Position numbers and translations under genes: made by a program
The notes under the pieces: model-generated
Database searches by the model: none
Seen by the model: the letters and a program-made list of their open reading frames with translations, nothing else
Told to the model about the DNA's origin: nothing
Assembly: GCA_963714525.1 (NCBI GenBank)
Contig: CAVQPB010000005.1
Span: 275,824 to 339,823 of the forward strand
Length of the DNA stretch: 64,000 bases
Source of the DNA: an uncultured Pseudomonadota bacterium
GTDB taxonomy: Bacteria > Pseudomonadota > Gammaproteobacteria > Burkholderiales > JALYOK01
Reading direction: 5' to 3'
In this document: piece by piece, positions 16,343-24,940 of the stretch
How the letters are laid out: each line of letters begins with the position of its first letter
Numbering within the stretch: position 1 is the stretch's first letter

Positions 16343-16522
16343 TCAATACTTCCAATTCTTGCGGCGATTTACCCAGCGTAAACGAATGACCGTCAAGGCG
16401 GCGCCCAGCAGCAGGGCGCCGGACACTTGACCTATTTGCACATCGGTCGAGGCAAACGCGGTTAAGCCGCTGATGGTGTAAACGTAGGGAGAGAGTTCGT
16501 ACCAGATCGTTTCGAGATCCAT
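16343..16522 (-). CDS. Small membrane protein, 59 aa (below the ORF-track cutoff)
   Basis: MDLETIWYELSPYVYTISGLTAFASTDVQIGQVSGALLLGAALTVIRLRWVNRRKNWKY; RBS aagga; two hydrophobic segments and a basic tail. Confidence 0.65.
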   Translation of the reverse strand: MDLETIWYELSPYVYTISGLTAFASTDVQIGQVSGALLLGAALTVIRLRWVNRRKNWKY

Positions 16523-16579
16523 TATTTTTTCCTTATGACCGCTTAATGCGGTGCTTCTTTGTAACTTATTGATAGCACG

Positions 16580-16954
16580 TTAAAAGGCGCCGAGCAAGAA
16601 GATCGCGACGCTCAAGCCGAGCCCCGCACTCCAAACCAGGCTGCGCAACCTCGCCAAATCCATAAGATAACAAGCGACATAGCCGATTCGCACGAGGATA
16701 AACGATGCAGCGAGGGCATTGAGCCAGCCCTGGTGGGCGTGCAATTGGTGGGCGATGATTACCGCGGCAGCGAAAAAAGGAAACGCCTCGAAGCCGTTAA
16801 GATGGGCAGCATGGGCGCGAGCCGGCAAGCCTTCGAGACGACCGAGCCAAGCACGTGGATGGCGATTGTCAAAACTTTTATTCCATTTGGCGACCGCAAC
16901 GGTAAAGTAGGGTAACAGCGCCGCGATCAACACGCACCAATAGGCTAGCGTCAT
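16580..16954 (-). CDS. MAPEG family membrane protein
   Basis: RAHAAHLNGFEAFPFFAAAV and RIGYVACY; four hydrophobic segments. Confidence 0.88.
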   Translation of the reverse strand: MTLAYWCVLIAALLPYFTVAVAKWNKSFDNRHPRAWLGRLEGLPARAHAAHLNGFEAFPFFAAAVIIAHQLHAHQGWLNALAASFILVRIGYVACYLMDLARLRSLVWSAGLGLSVAIFLLGAF

Positions 16955-17090
16955 TCCAGGTCCTCTTGTTATTTCCGCTGACACACTATACCTCAAGGTC
17001 GACCGCGCCAGGAAGCAATACCAGTGCGGCTCCCAGAGTATGGTGAGCCACGAGCCAAGCCGGATGCGGCTTCTGGCTCGACTAACGAAT

Positions 17091-17153
17091 GTAGCCCGGA
17101 TGCAATCCGGGGGTACCTTATTCCCGGAATCCGTTACACTCCTTCCGGGCTAC
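17091..17153. repeat. GTAG-family REP pair
   Basis: gtagcccggatgcaatccggg ... ttccgggctac. Confidence 0.75.
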
Positions 17154-17184
17154 ACTACGGGTATTCTCAAATTTGGAGTGTGTC

Positions 17185-17952
17185 ATGACTAAGCTTTTCG
17201 ATCTCAGCGGCAAGGTGGCGATTATCACCGGCGGTAATGGCGGCATAGGCTTGGGCATGGCGACCGGTCTAGCCGAAGCTGGCGCGACCATCGTGATCGC
17301 GGCGCGAGATGGGGAGAAGAATGCGAAAGCGGTCGAAAAATTGCGCTCCCTCGGCGCAACGGCAACGTCGCGGACCCTTAATGTGACCGACGAAGCGGCG
17401 TGTAAATTGCTGATCCAGCACGTCAGCGCGCAACACGGCAGAGTGGACATTCTGATCAACAACGCCGGCATGAACATCCGCAAACAACCGCAACAATACA
17501 GTCTCGATGAATGGAAGTCGGTCATCGACACCAACTTGTCGAGCGCGTTCGTGTTAAGCCAAGCGGTCTATCCGGAAATGTTGCGAAACGGAGGTGGGAA
17601 AATTATCAACATCGGTTCCATGACGTCGATATTCGGCGCGCCATTCGCCGCACCCTATAGCGCGAGCAAAGGCGGCATCGTTCAACTCACCAAGGCGCTT
17701 GCGTGTGCGTGGGCCAAAGACAACATTCAGGTAAACGCGGTTTTGCCGGGATGGATCGATACGGACTTAACGATCCAGGCGCGCAAGGATGTGGAAGGAC
17801 TGCACGAACGTGCGCTGATGCGCACGCCCGCGGGGCGCTGGGGTAAACCTGAAGATCACGCCGGCGTCGCGGTGTTTCTTGCGAGCAGCGCGTCGGATTT
17901 TATTACCGGCGCGGCGATTCCGGTGGACGGTGGCTATTCGTCTTTCGCATGA
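17185..17952 (+). CDS. Short-chain dehydrogenase/reductase (KduD/gluconate-5-dehydrogenase-like)
   Basis: TGGNGGIG, NNAG and YSASK (YxxxK). Confidence 0.92.
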   Translation: MTKLFDLSGKVAIITGGNGGIGLGMATGLAEAGATIVIAARDGEKNAKAVEKLRSLGATATSRTLNVTDEAACKLLIQHVSAQHGRVDILINNAGMNIRKQPQQYSLDEWKSVIDTNLSSAFVLSQAVYPEMLRNGGGKIINIGSMTSIFGAPFAAPYSASKGGIVQLTKALACAWAKDNIQVNAVLPGWIDTDLTIQARKDVEGLHERALMRTPAGRWGKPEDHAGVAVFLASSASDFITGAAIPVDGGYSSFA

Positions 17953-17957
17953 CGCGC

Positions 17958-18242
17958 TTAGCGTTCGACGCTTACACCTTTCCAAAACGCCACATGATCC
18001 TTGATTTGTTTCGCGGCGTCTTTCGGCGTGGGGTAATACCACGCCGCGTCCGGATTGGTTTGCCCGTTGACCTCGACGCTATAGTAGCTCGCGACGCCTT
18101 TCCACGGACACGTGGAATGGGTGCCGCTGTCTTTGAAATATTCGCGTTTGATCGTGGACGTGGGAAAATAGACGTTACCCTCGACTAGTTCGAAAGTGTC
18201 GCTTTCGGCGAGGGTGACGCCGTTCCAGACTGCTTTTGCCAT
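17958..18242 (-). CDS. DUF427 family protein
   Basis: VEGNVYFP, CPWKGVASYY, DAAWYYP and VAFW. Confidence 0.92.
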   Translation of the reverse strand: MAKAVWNGVTLAESDTFELVEGNVYFPTSTIKREYFKDSGTHSTCPWKGVASYYSVEVNGQTNPDAAWYYPTPKDAAKQIKDHVAFWKGVSVER

Positions 18243-18267
18243 TACGTTTCCTTGAGATAGATTTCGC

Positions 18268-19596
18268 TTAAGCGACAGCCTTAGGTGCGTACTCGCCTGC
18301 CACCAATGGCGCGAGACGACCCAGCCCGTCGAATTGCAGCGGTTCCAACTGACCGAGAATCTCAAAATCGTTGGTTCGCATTTTTGCGTTGGCGTACAGC
18401 GCTTCCGAAATTTGGATATGACTCAAGTGCAGCGTATCGGTGATGCGCACGATTTTGAGGTCCTCGAACTTAACCCGAACCACACTCTTAATGGCAAGCG
18501 CGATGGCATCGTGCTCGGTGTTCATGATGATGGGAATCGCCGCGCCGTCTAAATAGGTCGAGGTGATGACATTGGCGTAGGTCAGGAAAATATCCATTTC
18601 CTTGTAGAGCTGCATGGTGATCACGTCCGCACCGCCTAGGCCGGTGGCGTTGCCGTGGGTTTCCGGCGTAAGGCCCAACACCGCGATCTTTTTGACGTTC
18701 GGCTTCATATTCCATTCCGTGCCGCGGCAATTGCGGCCGGTGATGTTGGGGTCCATGCCGGAACCCGAAATGTTTTTGCCGATGCGTTCGACGATCAACA
18801 CGTCGACGTCGTCGAACTTGATGCGCGGCATGAATTCCTTGGCTTTCGCTTGCAATGCCGCTTCGCGATCGAACAGGGTGGCGCTGGGAACCGCTTCGAT
18901 GATCGCCGTTTCGTCGTGGGGATTTTCCACCATCGCCATACCGAACAGGAATTTACCTTTCGCCATGATCATTTCCGCCGCTTCAGGCAACAGCGTGCCG
19001 AACACGTCCATGCCTTGCGTGTGCAGGCTGGTGGCGCCGATGATCTTGCCCATACCGATGGTCATCATTTTGACGATGCCCGATTCGATCGCCGCGCGGA
19101 AATTGGTGTGCGGCTTAACGCGACATACCAATACGATGCCGTCGGCTTCGCTGGCGAGCTTGTCTTGGTAGATCGGGATGCCGCTCGGGTGTTTACCGAC
19201 TTCGATCACATCCATCGATGAACGGATTTCACAGCCGCAATACTCGGCAGAGATGCCGTATCCTTCCAGGACTTCGCGTTGGGCTTCCGCCGTGCCGCCG
19301 CCGTGGCTGCCCATGGCAGGGAAAATAAAGGGCTTGGCACCCAGGGCCTTTAAATTATCGACCGTCGCTTTTGCCGCTTCGGCGACATTGTTAATGCCGC
19401 GGGAACCGCAGCCCACGGCGACGCTCATGCCGGGTTTGATCTTGGCGCGTATCTCCGGGCGTTTGAATTCGTCGTTGATGGCGGCGGTGACGCTGGCCAA
19501 TTTTTCCGTCTTGAATTTCTGCCTCACCTCGACCATGCGCGGCAACGGAAAATCCAGTCCGCCTGCGATGTTGGTTTCAATTTTGTTGCCGATCAT
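18268..19596 (-). CDS. Lactate-racemase-domain (LarA N-terminal/DUF2088-like) protein
   Basis: VAVGCGSRGI, PAMGSHGG, RVKPHT.F and IGKNISGSGMDPN. Confidence 0.78.
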   Translation of the reverse strand: MIGNKIETNIAGGLDFPLPRMVEVRQKFKTEKLASVTAAINDEFKRPEIRAKIKPGMSVAVGCGSRGINNVAEAAKATVDNLKALGAKPFIFPAMGSHGGGTAEAQREVLEGYGISAEYCGCEIRSSMDVIEVGKHPSGIPIYQDKLASEADGIVLVCRVKPHTNFRAAIESGIVKMMTIGMGKIIGATSLHTQGMDVFGTLLPEAAEMIMAKGKFLFGMAMVENPHDETAIIEAVPSATLFDREAALQAKAKEFMPRIKFDDVDVLIVERIGKNISGSGMDPNITGRNCRGTEWNMKPNVKKIAVLGLTPETHGNATGLGGADVITMQLYKEMDIFLTYANVITSTYLDGAAIPIIMNTEHDAIALAIKSVVRVKFEDLKIVRITDTLHLSHIQISEALYANAKMRTNDFEILGQLEPLQFDGLGRLAPLVAGEYAPKAVA

Positions 19597-19656
19597 AATG
19601 GTCTCCTTGTGCATTCGATGAGACGGCGCAACGTCATCACAGTTGGCCTAGTTTCG

Positions 19657-19724
19657 TGTCATTCCCGCGCAGGCGGGAATCTAATTTCACGGCCTAATGG
19701 ATTCCCGCCTGCGCGGGAATGACA
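19657..19724. repeat. Palindromic REP/dRS3-like pair
   Basis: tgtcattcccgcgcaggcgggaatc ... gattcccgcctgcgcgggaatgaca, perfect 25-bp IR. Confidence 0.88.
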
Positions 19725-19766
19725 AATCGCATATATCATGCGTGTTCTAAACCCTATTCTACCAAA

Positions 19767-21785
19767 ATGAACCCCTATCAATCTGACAATCGAAACGCGT
19801 TCTGGCGTGCGGCTAGCCGGTTGTTTGTAGCCATCTGTTTGGGCACTGCCGCGCTAACGAACCACGCCGCCGTCGTCGACATCAAAATCGAATCGCGCAC
19901 GCCGGTATTACAAGGCAAGACGTTTGGTAGCGCCGGCGCCTATGAAAAAATCGAGGGCGTCGTCACCTTCGCGCTCGATCCCGCCCTCGCGGCGAACGCT
20001 AGAATCGTCGACCTCGACAAGGCGCCTCACAACATGGAGGGCTTGGTCTATGCCCAGGCAAACTTCATGGTGCTGCAGCCAACGGACGCAACCAAGGCGT
20101 CCGGCATAGGCGTACTGGAAGTCAGTAACCGCGGCGGCAAGGCCATGCTGCCTTATTTCAACGCGGGAACCCATACTAACGATCCGTTACGCAACAACGA
20201 CTTCGGCGACGGTTTTCTGATGCGGCGCGGCTATACCTTGATGTGGGTCGGCTGGCAATGGGATGTGCCGCCGGCGCCGAAGGTGTTGCGGCTTTCCGTA
20301 CCGATCGCCAAGGATAAAGGCGAGCCGATCAAGGGCTGGGTGCGATCCGATCGGGTGATGGAGCAAGACGATACTTTCATCTCGCTGTCCCATCGCAATC
20401 ATTACCCTTATGTCGCCATCGATCCAGACGATCCCGGCAACTCGCTCACCGAGCGCGATACCCGCGATGGGCCGCGCATGCTGGTCCCGCGCGATAAATG
20501 GTGGTTTATGAACGGCTCTAGTGCTGTGGATGGCGCCGACTTTATCAGCAAAGAAGGCGGTTTTATTGCAGGAAAAATCTACGAGGTAGTCTATCGCTCC
20601 CAGGATCCGCGCGTGGTAGGCATGGGCTTCGCCGCCGTGCGGGATTTTATGAGTTATGCCAAATACGAGCCATCCAGTCCATTCAAGGTGAAGCATGGAT
20701 TGGCGTTCGGCGTTTCGCAGACCGGCCGCTTTTTGCGTCATTTTCTCTATGAAGGCTTTAACAAAAACGAACGCGATCGACAGGTGTTCGACGGCATGTT
20801 TATCCACACGGCCGGCGGAGGACGGGGTAGTTTTAACCATCGCTTCGCCCAGCCTTCGCGCGATGGCCATCGCTTTTCCACATTTAATTATCCGACGGAT
20901 TTGTTTCCCTTTACCGGCGCATCGCAGACCGATCCCGAAACCGGAATCACCGCAGGATTGCTGCCGAAAACCTACCTGCCGAAAATTTTCTACACCAACA
21001 CGGGTTACGAATATTGGGGCCGTGGGGCCTCGCTGATTCACACCACGATCGACGGAAAAAAAGATGTCGAGCCGCTCGCGAATGAGCGGATTTATCACTT
21101 GGCCAGCGGGCAACATTTTGTCGTGCCGTTCGCACCGCGAGAACAATTGCCCGGCAGCGACGCGTATCTCGGCAATCCGCTGGACTTTCTGGTGAATCTG
21201 CGCGCTTTGTTGCCTCGGCTGGCAGATTGGGTGGCAAAAAGCGACGAGCCGCCGATCAGCGCCTATCCTCGCGTTTCGGCAGGTATGCTGGTAGAGCCAA
21301 TATCCATGCGCTTTCCAGCCATGCCTGGCCTGAGCGCCGCACGGGTGGCCCATGTCCCGCAACGCATGGATTTTGGGCCACGTTGGAAGCAGGGCATTAT
21401 CGATCAAGAGCCGCCTAAACTCGGCAAGCCCTATGTCACATTAATTCCGCAGGTCGACGAGTTCGGCAACGAACTGGGCGGCATCCGCAACCTCGAGATT
21501 GCGGTTCCTCTGGGGATGTATACGCCGTGGAGTTTGCGCGCAGGTTTGCCGGGCGCGAAGGATGAGTTGCGCGATTTTTTCGGTACTTGGCTACCGCTAG
21601 CGAAACAGCGCAACGAGGCCGACTCGCGCCCCGCGTTGAGCGCGCTTTACCAAGGGAAAACCGATTACTTAGAGAAAGCCAAAGGCGCCGCCAAGTCGCT
21701 GATCGAGGCAGGCTATATGCTCGAAGAGGACCTACCGCGAGTGCTCGATCGGGCGACGCAGACGTGGGATTGGGTTAGCCGGTAG
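19767..21785 (+). CDS. Exported alpha/beta-hydrolase-domain protein (Abhydrolase_10-type)
   Basis: Signal peptide; GAYEKIEG, EVSNRG, GFAAVRD, nucleophile elbow GVSQTG and NTGYEYW; start approximate. Confidence 0.82.
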   Translation: MNPYQSDNRNAFWRAASRLFVAICLGTAALTNHAAVVDIKIESRTPVLQGKTFGSAGAYEKIEGVVTFALDPALAANARIVDLDKAPHNMEGLVYAQANFMVLQPTDATKASGIGVLEVSNRGGKAMLPYFNAGTHTNDPLRNNDFGDGFLMRRGYTLMWVGWQWDVPPAPKVLRLSVPIAKDKGEPIKGWVRSDRVMEQDDTFISLSHRNHYPYVAIDPDDPGNSLTERDTRDGPRMLVPRDKWWFMNGSSAVDGADFISKEGGFIAGKIYEVVYRSQDPRVVGMGFAAVRDFMSYAKYEPSSPFKVKHGLAFGVSQTGRFLRHFLYEGFNKNERDRQVFDGMFIHTAGGGRGSFNHRFAQPSRDGHRFSTFNYPTDLFPFTGASQTDPETGITAGLLPKTYLPKIFYTNTGYEYWGRGASLIHTTIDGKKDVEPLANERIYHLASGQHFVVPFAPREQLPGSDAYLGNPLDFLVNLRALLPRLADWVAKSDEPPISAYPRVSAGMLVEPISMRFPAMPGLSAARVAHVPQRMDFGPRWKQGIIDQEPPKLGKPYVTLIPQVDEFGNELGGIRNLEIAVPLGMYTPWSLRAGLPGAKDELRDFFGTWLPLAKQRNEADSRPALSALYQGKTDYLEKAKGAAKSLIEAGYMLEEDLPRVLDRATQTWDWVSR

Positions 21786-21936
21786 GGCAATCTGCTGATT
21801 CAGTGTTATCCTTGCGAATCAGTTGACTGGCGTCTACACTGAACTCTGTTTTTAGGGGAGGTTCCATATCGCTACCTCCTACCCATATTTCTTCCGTTCC
21901 ATCATTGAACAATGTTAAGCACCCTAAGGCGCATCG

Positions 21937-23250
21937 ATGAAAATTAGCATTTTCGGTTTAGGTTATGTCGGCGCGGTCTCCGCCGGCTGTTTGGCGGCCG
22001 ACGGTCATACGGTTATCGGCGTCGATCCCAACGCCACCAAAGTCAAATTGATCAACGACGGCGTCACGCCGATTATCGAGAAAGACATCGGCGAGATCAT
22101 CGCCAAAGCCGTCGCGGAAAAACGCCTATGGGCGACAACCAACGTTGCGGAGGCGATTGCGGACACGGAATTGTCGATCGTGTGCGTCGGCACGCCGAGC
22201 GAGCGCAATGGCAGCCTCGATTTGCGCTACATTCGCAATTGTTGCGAAGAAATCGGCCGCGCGCTGCGCAATAAATCGAGTTGGCACAATGTCACCATCC
22301 GCAGCACGATTTTGCCGGGCACGATGCGTAACATCATCATTCCGATGTTGGAAGAATCCAGCGGCAAAAAAGCCGGCGTCGATTTCGGTATTTGCAATAA
22401 CCCCGAATTCCTGCGCGAAGGCACGGCGGTCTACGATTATCGCAACCCACCCAAAACCGTTATCGGCGAAATCGATAGCCGTAGCGGTGACGTGCTCGCG
22501 GCGTTGTATGCTCATCTGCAAGCGCCGCTGATACGCACCTCGGTTGAAACGGCGGAAATGGTCAAATATGTCGATAACGTTTGGCATGCGGTCAAAGTAG
22601 CTTTCGCCAATGAAATCGGAAATATCTGCAAACCGTTGGCGATCGACAGCCACGAAGTAATGGGCATTTTCTGTCAAGACACCAAGCTTAACCTTTCGCC
22701 CTATTACCTCAAGCCGGGTTTCGCATTTGGCGGTTCGTGTTTGCCGAAGGATTTGCGGGCGCTATCTTACAAAGCGAAGGCGCTGGATCTCGATTTGCCG
22801 CTGCTTGCCAGCGTGTTGCCGAGCAACGAGTTGCAAGTGGATCGAGCGTTTAAGTTGATCGCCGATCGAAACGTGAAGAAAATTTCCGTGCTCGGATTTT
22901 CTTTCAAGGAAGGCACTGACGATTTGCGCGAGAGCCCGGTGGTCGAACTGATCGAGCGCATGATAGGGAAGGGCGCCGATTTGCGTTTGTACGACAAGAA
23001 TGTTTCTCTCGCCGCCCTGACCGGCGCTAATCGCGATTACATTCTCAATCATATTCCGCATATTTCGCGATTGATGGTCGATAACATCCAGGCTGCGGTC
23101 GATCACGGCGAGTTGATTATTATCGGCAATAAATCGCCGGAGTTCGTCGAGTGGATCGACAAAATTCCTTCCGACAAACACATTCTCGATTTGGTGCGCA
23201 TCGCAAGAACCGTCCGCCCCGTCGCAAATTACGAAGGCATTTGTTGGTAA
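21937..23250 (+). CDS. Nucleotide-sugar dehydrogenase, GDP-mannose 6-dehydrogenase (AlgD)-like
   Basis: GLGYVG, CVGTPS, NPEFLREG, FGGSCLPKD and FKEGTDDLRESP. Confidence 0.9.
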   Translation: MKISIFGLGYVGAVSAGCLAADGHTVIGVDPNATKVKLINDGVTPIIEKDIGEIIAKAVAEKRLWATTNVAEAIADTELSIVCVGTPSERNGSLDLRYIRNCCEEIGRALRNKSSWHNVTIRSTILPGTMRNIIIPMLEESSGKKAGVDFGICNNPEFLREGTAVYDYRNPPKTVIGEIDSRSGDVLAALYAHLQAPLIRTSVETAEMVKYVDNVWHAVKVAFANEIGNICKPLAIDSHEVMGIFCQDTKLNLSPYYLKPGFAFGGSCLPKDLRALSYKAKALDLDLPLLASVLPSNELQVDRAFKLIADRNVKKISVLGFSFKEGTDDLRESPVVELIERMIGKGADLRLYDKNVSLAALTGANRDYILNHIPHISRLMVDNIQAAVDHGELIIIGNKSPEFVEWIDKIPSDKHILDLVRIARTVRPVANYEGICW

Positions 23251-23278
23251 GCGCGGTTGTGGCCGAACGGCGCGGGCG

Positions 23279-24514
23279 ATGAAGTCCGTTTGGTTGACGA
23301 CGAATTTTCTGCACCCGATGAACCGGGGTGGAAAAATTCGCACCTACAACATTCTGAAAGAACTCTATAAGCAGGACGAGGTGACCTACCTCGGTTTCGA
23401 TGGGTTAATTCCCGGAGAAGAGCCGCTAAAGCGCGTCGAATGAATATTGCTCGCGGGCGGTCGCGGTAAACCATCGCGAAACCGAACGCGGCCAGGCCGC
23501 GTTTTTTCTGGAGCTTGCGGGAAACCTATTTTCGTCGCTACCTTATTCGGTAGCGAAGTTACGCTCTGGCGAAATCGCACAAAAATTGCAGGAAGAACTC
23601 GCTCGACCCGACCTCGATTATCTCGTCTGCGATTTCGTTCACGCCGCGGTCAACATGCCGGGTCAGGTTCGAATTCCGACTATTTTGTTTCAACATAACG
23701 TCGAGGCGGTGATCTGGCAGCGCCTGTATCAGCAGCAAACTAATCCCATCATTCGCATGTACTACGAAAAGCAATGGCGCCGCATGTTCAATTTCGAACG
23801 CGATGCCTGCCGTCGATTCGATGCGGTTATCGCTGTGTCGGACGCAGATGCGGAAAAGATGCGTGCGGACTATGGCCTGCAACAGGTGCTGGCGATTCCA
23901 ACAGCCGTCGATACCGACTATTTCCAGCCTAGACCCGACGTGGTGCGAGCCGCGAACACGTTGGTCTTTACCGGTTCCCTCGACTGGACGCCGAACATCG
24001 ACGGACTGCGCTGGTTTATCGATTCGGTGTTGCCCATCGTAGCTGCGCACGGCGCCGAACGTTAAACTCAAGGTGGTTGGGCGCAATCCACGGCCTGATT
24101 TAGTTGCCGGCATCAAGGGCCGCCCTGGCGTTGAATTGGTGGGCCGGGTGCCCGATGTGCGGCCCCATGTGCAAGGCGCAACGGCATCGGTCGTGCCGTT
24201 GCTGGTGGGCGGTGGAACGCGCATGAAGATATTCGAATCCCTAGCGCTGGAAACACCGGTTGTCTCCACCACCATCGGCGCCGAAGGTTTGCCGCTGCAA
24301 CACGATAAACACATACTCATCGCCGACACACCGGAAGATTTCGCGCAGCAGACGATCAAAACTGCTAACTGAGCCGGCGCAGAGCGCGGCCTTGGGTTTA
24401 GCGGGTAGCCAGTACGTCAGAGAGAAATTCGGCGCCGCTGCCGTTGCGCGCGAATTTGCTGCAATTTGTCACGCGACCGTCGAGCGCATACGCGCGGCTC
24501 AGCAGAAATCCTAG
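23279..24514 (+). pseudogene. Glycosyltransferase family 4 protein broken by three +1 frameshifts (possible artefact)
   Basis: GGKIRTYN..KEL, QHNVE, VFTGSLDWTPN and GGGTRMKIFE...TTIGAEG; breaks at about 23435, 24055 and 24361. Confidence 0.85.
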
Positions 24515-24595
24515 AGTCTGGCAAAAGGAAGTCTTATCCTCGCCACCTACGTTTTTGATACAATTTCGCTTTCACAAATATGCGTGCGACCACCC

Positions 24596-24919
24596 ATGAC
24601 ATACGTCGTAACTGAAACTTGCATCAAATGTAAATACACCGATTGCGTGGATGTATGTCCCGTCGACTGTTTTCGCGAAGGCCCTAATTTTCTAGTGATA
24701 GAACCGGATGAGTGTATCGACTGCACGCTGTGCGTCGCCGAGTGTCCGGTAGAAGCGATTTTTGCGGAAGACGACGTGCCGGAGAACCAGCGCCACTACA
24801 TTGAATTGAATGCCGAATTATCGCGCGTATGGAAGCCCATTATCGAGCGCAAAGATGCACCCGCCGATGCGGACGAATGGGCGAAGGTCAAAGAAAAGGC
24901 CCATTTGCTCGAGAAATAG
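24596..24919 (+). CDS. fdxA: 7Fe ferredoxin (FdxA family)
   Basis: [14 protein letters not shown] and [12 protein letters not shown]. Confidence 0.95.
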   Translation: MTYVVTETCIKCKYTDCVDVCPVDCFREGPNFLVIEPDECIDCTLCVAECPVEAIFAEDDVPENQRHYIELNAELSRVWKPIIERKDAPADADEWAKVKEKAHLLEK

Positions 24920-24940
24920 CGCAACACGTAATTTCATAAG

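Noticed and set aside
16536-16564. TGACCGCTTA as a fifth promoter copy
   Set aside because: The -10 half (TGCGCCATT) is absent and there is no gene in the right orientation.
20187-21407. 406-aa minus-strand ORF (similarly 35306-36184, 18655-19221, 12749-13546 and 57240-57833)
   Set aside because: These are antisense shadows of well-supported genes in GC-rich DNA, with no motifs.
21937-23250. Alginate biosynthesis operon
   Set aside because: alg8, alg44, algK, algE and the other alginate genes are absent.
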